Assembly (NCBI GenBank): GCA_025558095.1
Contig: JAIVFI010000042.1
Coordinates: 372,001-436,000, forward strand
DNA length: 64,000 nt
Reading direction: 5' to 3'
From: Hyaloraphidium curvatum SAG 235-1
Lineage: Eukaryota > Fungi > Monoblepharomycota
The notes under the pieces were generated by a model. It ran no database searches. It saw only the letters and a program-made list of their open reading frames with translations, and had not been told where the DNA came from. The position numbers were made by a program, and so were the translations under genes. How positions within the stretch are numbered: position 1 is the first letter of the stretch; each line of letters begins with the position of its first letter. Shown here piece after piece: positions 57,736 to 64,000 of this stretch.

Positions 57736-58035
57736 CCGCCTCGTCGAACGTGCCCCACGACACGGCCATTTGAAGAGCCGTGCAACACAGTGTTTGCAAA
57801 TGCGAGGAGCAGCCTAACGCTGGGAACGTAAAGTGGCGAGGCGAGGGGTGCGGCCGAGTGCTCCGTGTTGAGAAGCCTCCTGGCCGCGGGCGACTATCTC
57901 GCTCATCAGTTCTCTACTCCCGGGGCTATTCACCCCTCCACCGCTGATCACACAATGGAAAAGCAGAAATCCGTAGCCTCGTGGACAACAGCGCGCAGAG
58001 ATGCGCACACAAAGAACGTTCCTCTTCCGGTCGGC

Positions 58036-60372
58036 CTACAACGACCCCGCCCCTTCGTCCCCGGTCCGTGCCCTCTCGTAGCCCATCCTCAGCCTCCCCA
58101 GCAGCGTCGCCATCGCCGCCTCCACCCCGCTCCCCGCCATCTCCCTCCCCCCCGCCTGCTCCCCCTCCGCATCGTCCGCCCCGCGCCCGTACTCCTCGCT
58201 CCCCCACGTCTCCGCAACCTGCACCTCCCCGCCGAACCGCACCCGCCTCCCGGGCCCGTAGGCCGGCAGCTCCGCCAGCCTGTCGCCGCCACCCTCGGGA
58301 TCCGGCGTGCCCCCACGTGCCCGCTCCGCCGCGCAGGCCCAGCACGCGCCCCTCTCCCCTTGCGGAACATGCGGGCACCCCGACGCGGCGCGCTGCGCGG
58401 CGTAGAGCGCGGAAAAGTCCGCGCGGGAGAGCGACGCCCGTGGCGAGGACAGGAACCGCTCGAGCATCAGCCTCAGCTCGGCGTGCGCGGCGCGGTCGGT
58501 GGCGTCCAGAAGCGCGAAGCACGCGCGGATGTCCTCCCGCAGCGCGGCGTAGGCGCCGGCTTCGGCTTCCCCGCTGGGTGCGGGGAGCCGCTTGGCCACC
58601 AGCACCAGCAGCCACGCCGCGTGCGCCGCTGCGAAGCACGCGATCGGCACCAGTATGCTCCCCGCGAGTGCCGGCCGCGGGATGGACCGCGCGATGGCGC
58701 GCGAGATGGCGGCGGTCTCGGCGCAGAGCAGGAACGCCGAGGAAAAAGCGGGGGAGGAGAAGTACAGCCTGCGGAGGGCTGAGGTGTGGGTGTCGGTGCC
58801 GTCGGGGGAGGCGGCGGGGGGACGGGGGGAGCCGGGGGGGCCGTCGACAGAGGCCGAGCCCGAGGCGTCGGAGGTGTTGTCCCCGGAGCCGTCCCATCCG
58901 CCGTCGCCGGCCTCCTCCCCATCCTCCGAATCGGATCCAGAATCGGATCCGGAATCGGATTCGGAATCCGAATCGCCCCGCAACCTTGGCCCAGGATCGT
59001 CCTCCACCTGGTCCGGCGACACTAGGAGCAGCCGCACCCGCCACAGGTCCATCAGCTCCGCCAGCAGCTGCACCCTCGACGCGTCGCCCGAAAAGTAGGG
59101 GCACTCGGCGTCCAGCGCTGCGAAATCGGCGGAGCGGAAGGCGGCGGAGAGGCCCGGCGGCAGGGCGGCGGTGAGCGCGCCGACGGCTTCGGAGAGGAAG
59201 GCGAGGCGGCGCAGGGATTCTCCCAGCAGGGGGTTGGCCAGCGCGGCGCGGACGCGCGCGGGGTCCAGGTCCGCCAGAGCGGGGTGATCGCCCGCCCCCG
59301 GGTCGCCGCCGGCAGCGGCGGCCCTCCGCAGCTCGCCCGCGACGAACAGCTCCAGCATCGACAGCCCCGCCTCGTCGGCGACGAACCGCCGCAGCTCGTG
59401 GACCTGCCTGAACGCCAGCGCGACCATCATCCACAGCCTGCCGGCGGCAAAGTACTTGAGGTCCGTCACGTAGGTCCCCAGCATGCCCGCTCGGACGGCC
59501 GGGTCCACCGGCGGGGAGAGGTTCGGGTCCAGCCACCCGATCAGGTCGCGGCACGTCCCCCTCGTGCGCAGCATGCACTCGGCAAGCACCTCCGGCACGG
59601 GCCCGTTGGCCCGCCTCCGCGAGGGCGGGGGCACGGCGCGGTGCACGAGCTCGCTGGGGAGCGCCACGGGGACGTCCGGGAACGCGGCGGCGGGGTCGAG
59701 CACGGCCCTCGTGCCGGCGACGGGGCCGATGCGGACGCCGAAGAAGCACGCGGCGTAGAAGACGTTGAGCCCGATCTCGTCCATCAGCAGGTCGTCGGCG
59801 CCGTACTCGGGGGGAGGGGGTCGGCCGCGCGGGGGGGAGGGCAGCCCGGCGGCGCGCCAGATGTCGGCCAGCTGCGATAGGATTGCCTTGGCTGCGTCTA
59901 TGCGCATCATGTGGAGGTACACGCCCGAGGCGGCGAGGATGGCGGCCCACTGGAGGGCGAGGCAGCGCGGCGTGCGGAGGTGCGGCTGCGGCGGGGCGGC
60001 CGGGGCGCCCTTGGCCGGGCGGCGGTGCGGTGCCGCCTCCCAGAAGGCGGCCAGCTCGCGGCGCAGCAGGGAGTCGAAGCGGGCCTCGAGCCGCTCGACG
60101 AGGGCGCCGTCGACCGCCGCGCCGACGTCCACTCCGGCGGCCGACGCCGCCAGGAGGGCGTAAGCGCCCAGCCAATCGACCACTGCGACCATTATGTCCG
60201 CGGTATAGAATTCCCTGAGTGCCGGGTGCGCCGCCGGGGGTTCGGGCCCGTTGAGCTCGAGGAACGCGGCGCCCGACAGGATCGAGATGTCGGGCGGCCC
60301 CGTCGAGAACATCGCCCCGACGAACGCCTGGCGCTCGCGGAACCCTATTTCGGGGATGCTGACGTCGCTCAT
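58036..60372 (-). CDS. Hypothetical 778-aa protein, possibly a divergent fungal TF middle-homology-region protein
   Basis: Single long ORF with coding bias; helical segments; acidic SDSESDSGSDSGSDSE insert; no DNA-binding motif seen. Confidence 0.55.
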   Translation of the reverse strand: MSDVSIPEIGFRERQAFVGAMFSTGPPDISILSGAAFLELNGPEPPAAHPALREFYTADIMVAVVDWLGAYALLAASAAGVDVGAAVDGALVERLEARFDSLLRRELAAFWEAAPHRRPAKGAPAAPPQPHLRTPRCLALQWAAILAASGVYLHMMRIDAAKAILSQLADIWRAAGLPSPPRGRPPPPEYGADDLLMDEIGLNVFYAACFFGVRIGPVAGTRAVLDPAAAFPDVPVALPSELVHRAVPPPSRRRANGPVPEVLAECMLRTRGTCRDLIGWLDPNLSPPVDPAVRAGMLGTYVTDLKYFAAGRLWMMVALAFRQVHELRRFVADEAGLSMLELFVAGELRRAAAAGGDPGAGDHPALADLDPARVRAALANPLLGESLRRLAFLSEAVGALTAALPPGLSAAFRSADFAALDAECPYFSGDASRVQLLAELMDLWRVRLLLVSPDQVEDDPGPRLRGDSDSESDSGSDSGSDSEDGEEAGDGGWDGSGDNTSDASGSASVDGPPGSPRPPAASPDGTDTHTSALRRLYFSSPAFSSAFLLCAETAAISRAIARSIPRPALAGSILVPIACFAAAHAAWLLVLVAKRLPAPSGEAEAGAYAALREDIRACFALLDATDRAAHAELRLMLERFLSSPRASLSRADFSALYAAQRAASGCPHVPQGERGACWACAAERARGGTPDPEGGGDRLAELPAYGPGRRVRFGGEVQVAETWGSEEYGRGADDAEGEQAGGREMAGSGVEAAMATLLGRLRMGYERARTGDEGAGSL

Positions 60373-61070
60373 CGTGGGGCGGCGCGGGGCAGGGGTCCGG
60401 GGGAGGGGCGGCCGCTAGTGGGGGACAGGAGCGGCCGAGAAGGGATCCGGATCTTGGACCCTCGGGAGGCGGTCAGGGGTTCCGGGCTCCGCCCCCTGCC
60501 GGACCCGCCAGGAACTCGGGCACGGCTGGATTTCGACGCGCACGGTGCCCCCTCGGTCGGCCGCCCTGGCGGTCCCCGCCGGCCGCCCGTGGCGCTCACC
60601 AGCCCCGACCAGTCGCATTTAGCCCCCCATCCCGCATCGCCGCAACCCCACCTCCGACTCGGAGGTGCGGCAAGGGACCATCGACTGTCGAAGAAACTGA
60701 CGGCGGCGTCGGCCATCCAGGTCCCTCTCGATGGTTTTCGGCCGGAAACGGAAGGCTGGGCGGCCACTTCGGGCAAGAGCATCTTCCCAGCACCCCTCGA
60801 TGGCTCTCCACCCGCATTCCGCACGGGCCCCTGACGGGCCCGATTCGCACTGATTTTGGATCATCCTCTGTCCCTTTTCGTCGGCGGTTCGGATGGATTC
60901 TGCCTGGTTGTTCCCTAGGATTCGGCCGACCGTCCCCACTGCGCGAATCTGGAAGTGCCTCGCGAGCCACCCGAGGCATTCCGTGAACCCGAGGGCCTCG
61001 GTCACGCCCTCCGGGAAGCCATCCCTCGCGTCCGGCGACCGCGTCGGACGTGCGGCGCGTCCTCCGCGGA

Positions 61071-61847
61071 ATGCCTGCGCCCACTTCCATCCCCCTCGCG
61101 CTCCCCTTGTTCGCGCTCCTCGCCCTCCTCGCCGCGTTCCCCCTCCTACCCTCGCTCTCCCCTTCGATGCCACCCCCGCGGCGCGTGCTCGCGGTCGGCG
61201 ACTCGCTGACCGAGGGATTCACTGCGGGCGGCGCGGTGTTCCACCCGTACGCGATCCGCCTGCGCGCCCTCCTCGCCGAACGCTTCCCGGACGATAAGTT
61301 CGAGGTGGAGGTGCTGGGATTCAGCGGGTTTCGCTCGCGGGAGGTCCGCGGGCGGCTGGACGCGCATTTCGCCCGCAACCGGGACGCGCAGTTGGGTTAC
61401 GCGGCGGTGATGTGTGGGACCAACGACGCCGGCGATCTCGCTTCCCTGCCCGAGCGGTCGTTCCCGGCCGCGTTGGATGCCGTGGTCGCAGAGCTGGAGG
61501 CGATGCACGAAGCGGTGATCGCCCGCGGGGCGAAGCTGCTCGTGATGAACCTGCCCGACGTCTGGGCGGGCGGCGCGGCGGCCAGCCCCGTCTATTTCGC
61601 GCGGAGGGACCAGCTGCGTTCCCGCATCCGGGTACTGGCAGAACGATACTCCAAGGAAGGCAAGCCGGTCGCGTACCTCGACCCCGAGCCGCTGATCCCG
61701 CTGCGGGAAGGCACCACTCGCATCGCGGACGACCCGCGGAAGAGGGGCAACTGGGACAGGGACGGACTTCACATGACCGCGAAGGGGTACGACGCGCTGG
61801 GGGAGCTGGTGTTCGGGAAGCTGTTTGACGAGGCGGAACCAGGGTGA
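61071..61847 (+). CDS. SGNH/GDSL hydrolase with N-terminal signal or anchor
   Basis: Block I VGDSLTEG, block II GFSG, block III MCGTND, block V DGLHMTAKGY. Confidence 0.9.
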   Translation: MPAPTSIPLALPLFALLALLAAFPLLPSLSPSMPPPRRVLAVGDSLTEGFTAGGAVFHPYAIRLRALLAERFPDDKFEVEVLGFSGFRSREVRGRLDAHFARNRDAQLGYAAVMCGTNDAGDLASLPERSFPAALDAVVAELEAMHEAVIARGAKLLVMNLPDVWAGGAAASPVYFARRDQLRSRIRVLAERYSKEGKPVAYLDPEPLIPLREGTTRIADDPRKRGNWDRDGLHMTAKGYDALGELVFGKLFDEAEPG

Positions 61848-62459
61848 GCGGAGGGCGGTGCCGGGTACTTTCCGGCCTGGACAACTTCCGTCGACACGAC
61901 GGGTGCTCCGGCTGCTGGGCTGGAGTGCCTCGCGTGCTGTTTGCGGCTCCTCCCGGAAGCCCCCGCCCGCCTGAGCGAAGCCGAATGGTGCGCTTGAGGC
62001 GGAAGATTTCGGCACGGTTAAGCTGCGACATGCCGATAGCGAGCGCGTCCGAGCCCTCATGGCCGATTTCATGAGCAACCATCCGGCACCGCTCACTTGA
62101 CTTTTCGCTCGCGGGACCGCCGCCCGCAGCCTCGGACTGGTCATCGGCCTGTCATCGGCCAAATCCGCCTCGAGCTTCGTGATCTGCGAGGGGTGGTCGG
62201 CTTTCTGCTTCTCGGGCTCCAGGAGGCTCCGGCCAGCTCGACGCTGCGACCGCGACTGCCAGAGGGCGTACTGGAAGCAACACAAAAGGGTCTGCGCCGG
62301 CACAAGGACCTAATCACGCGATGGACTGCAAGGGACTGCCCTTGGGCAGAAAGGTGCGTGGGGGACAGGCGGGGCGGGTCGACGTCCTTTCAAACGCGCG
62401 AACACTATAGGCGGGATCCATCAGTCAACGGCGGGGAACAGATCTACAACGGTCTCCGT

Positions 62460-64000
62460 CTAGAATCTGGAAATGAGCAGGCGGGAGGATTTGAGCGAGT
62501 TCCTACACAGAAGCCCCATGCGCGGAACCCACAGCTTCATAATCTCCCTGTCCATGTCCGCGGGCGTCATGGCGCCCCACCGCTTGGCCTCGTGCCTCCT
62601 CAGGAAGACTGGACACGGGCGTAAGCTGAGCAAAGCGCCCAACGGGCGACGACCCACCGATGCCCTTGGCCAGCGGTCCCAGCGCCTCAGCCAGCACCGC
62701 GTCCTTCTCGAAGATGTCCGTCGCCTCCTCCAGCGACCCCGGCACCGGATATACCCCCTGCTTGGCCAGCTCCTCCGCGCCGACCCTGAAATCCAGCGAC
62801 TTGACGGGCGGCGGCAGCTTCATCCCCTTTTCGAGGCCGTCGATCCCCGCCGCCAAGAGCCCCGCCAGCACCGCGAACGGGTTCCCCGTGCAATCCGAGA
62901 ACCGCCACTCGACGTCCCGCGCGCCTTCCCTGTTAGTCGCGAGGCGCAGGCACGCGTCGCGGTTCTCCAGGCCCCAGCAGGTCCAGCCGCCCGCCAGCAT
63001 GCCGGGCTTGGCGCGGACGTACGACGGCACCGAGGGCAACGACACGGCGCAGAGCGCGCGGGCGTGGGAGAGGATGCCGGCGACGAAGGAGGCGCCGATC
63101 TCCGAGAGCCCGTGCGGCGAGGAGGAAGAGGGGAACACGTTGCGGCCGGTGGAGAGGGAGCGCAGGCTGAGGTGCACGTGGCAGCCCGTGCCGATTTCCT
63201 CGCGGAGGGGCTTGGGGGCAAAGGTGGCGTTTACGCCGAGGTTGCGGGCCGCTGTGGGTCCACAACACCGAGGATCGAGTCGGTTGTCAGGTGCGATCGG
63301 CGGAAGGCGACGGCGGAAACCCACTCCCGCGAATCACTTCCCTCGTCAGCAGCAGCTCGTAAGCGCACCGATTCGCCTCGCTAGGATCCGTCGCGATCTC
63401 GAACTGCCCCGGCCCGATCTCGCTGTGCGCGTCGTACACCCCGATCCCCGCCGCCTTGACGGCCAGGATGAGTTCCTCGAAGATCCGGCCTGCGCGGCCG
63501 TACAATGCCCAGGCGGCGCCGTACAGGGTGCGGTCAAAGGGAATGGGGCCGTTGGTGGCGGGGTCGGTGTCGTCGTAGAGGTACTGATCACGGTGCGAGG
63601 GGCGCGGTCAAAAAAGTGATCCTCGAGACAAGGGGCGATAGAGATCGGGTCGGTGACACCCACGAACTCGGACTCGGTGCCGCAGATCATCTCCAGCCCC
63701 CACTTGTCGCGCAGCTTCTCGGTCAGCAACCTCAGTACATTGCGGGGGTCGTAGTTCCACAGCACCGTCTCGGGCCCCGGGGCTGTCCAATCGCGGCGAT
63801 CCCAAAAGTCAGCACTCGCCCACAATAACGGCGCGGGCCGACAAGACCACCCACTCCGAAGGATGGTGTTGCCCATCACGATCGCCTGACCCGGCGCGTG
63901 CGGCAGGTACCGGAACGTCGTCCAGTCGGGGAAAAAATCGAGCTCCTGCTCCAGATCCACCAGGCCGGCGTCTATGATCCCGGGTGCCGGCTCGTCCTCC
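62460..64000 (-). CDS. Glutamine synthetase type-I family / gamma-glutamyl ligase (FluG C-terminal-like), 5'-partial, multi-exon
   Basis: GTESEF|YL, HSEIGPGQFEI, ATFAPKP, GTGCHVHLSL, SYVR, WGLENRDACLR, EWRFSDCTGNPF; several GT..AG introns; ends EIMKLF*. Confidence 0.88.

Noticed and set aside
58925-58975. 12-bp gaatcggatcc-type repeats with palindromes
   Set aside because: Encodes the SDSESDSGSDSG acidic linker within the 778-aa ORF
1-64000. tRNA, rRNA or transposase/reverse transcriptase genes
   Set aside because: None recognised by eye; tRNAscan-SE, Infernal and a repeat-library search would be needed to exclude them

Overview
High-GC eukaryotic genomic DNA. Most likely an early-diverging fungus; a Monoblepharidomycete such as Hyaloraphidium or Gonapodya is plausible but is inference only. 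Evidence: dozens of short (mostly 49-80 nt) GT-AG introns with CTGAC-like branch points, a GPI-type chitin deacetylase, Fungal_trans domain proteins, PEX13 and MET2. Conserved enzymes (Nudix, desaturase, sterol glucosyltransferase, nitroreductase, GNAT, MET2, sterol-desaturase family, SDR, PEX13, chitin deacetylase, 2OG-Fe(II) oxygenase, SGNH hydrolase, glutamine synthetase family) are interleaved with fast-evolving lineage-specific families in various states of decay. Most notable: (1) four copies of an uncharacterised ~500-aa seven-transmembrane family whose loop pattern and C-terminal signature resemble the insect gustatory/odorant receptor (7TMIC)/plant DUF3537 superfamily, three of them next to F-box/LRR genes; (2) a head-to-head pair of paralogous secreted prepro-proteins, duplicated as an inverted repeat; (3) repeated inverted duplications around 4-5 kb unique spacers, with a gene-conversion-like tract carrying a shared in-frame TGA; (4) a 153-bp tandem array, a back-to-back fusion of USP and MSS51-like gene fragments, a spliced 80-aa lipidation-motif protein missed by the ORF track, and a GTGGGT-dominated 5' splice site. 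Exon boundaries were read by eye and family assignments come from motif recognition, not database searches.
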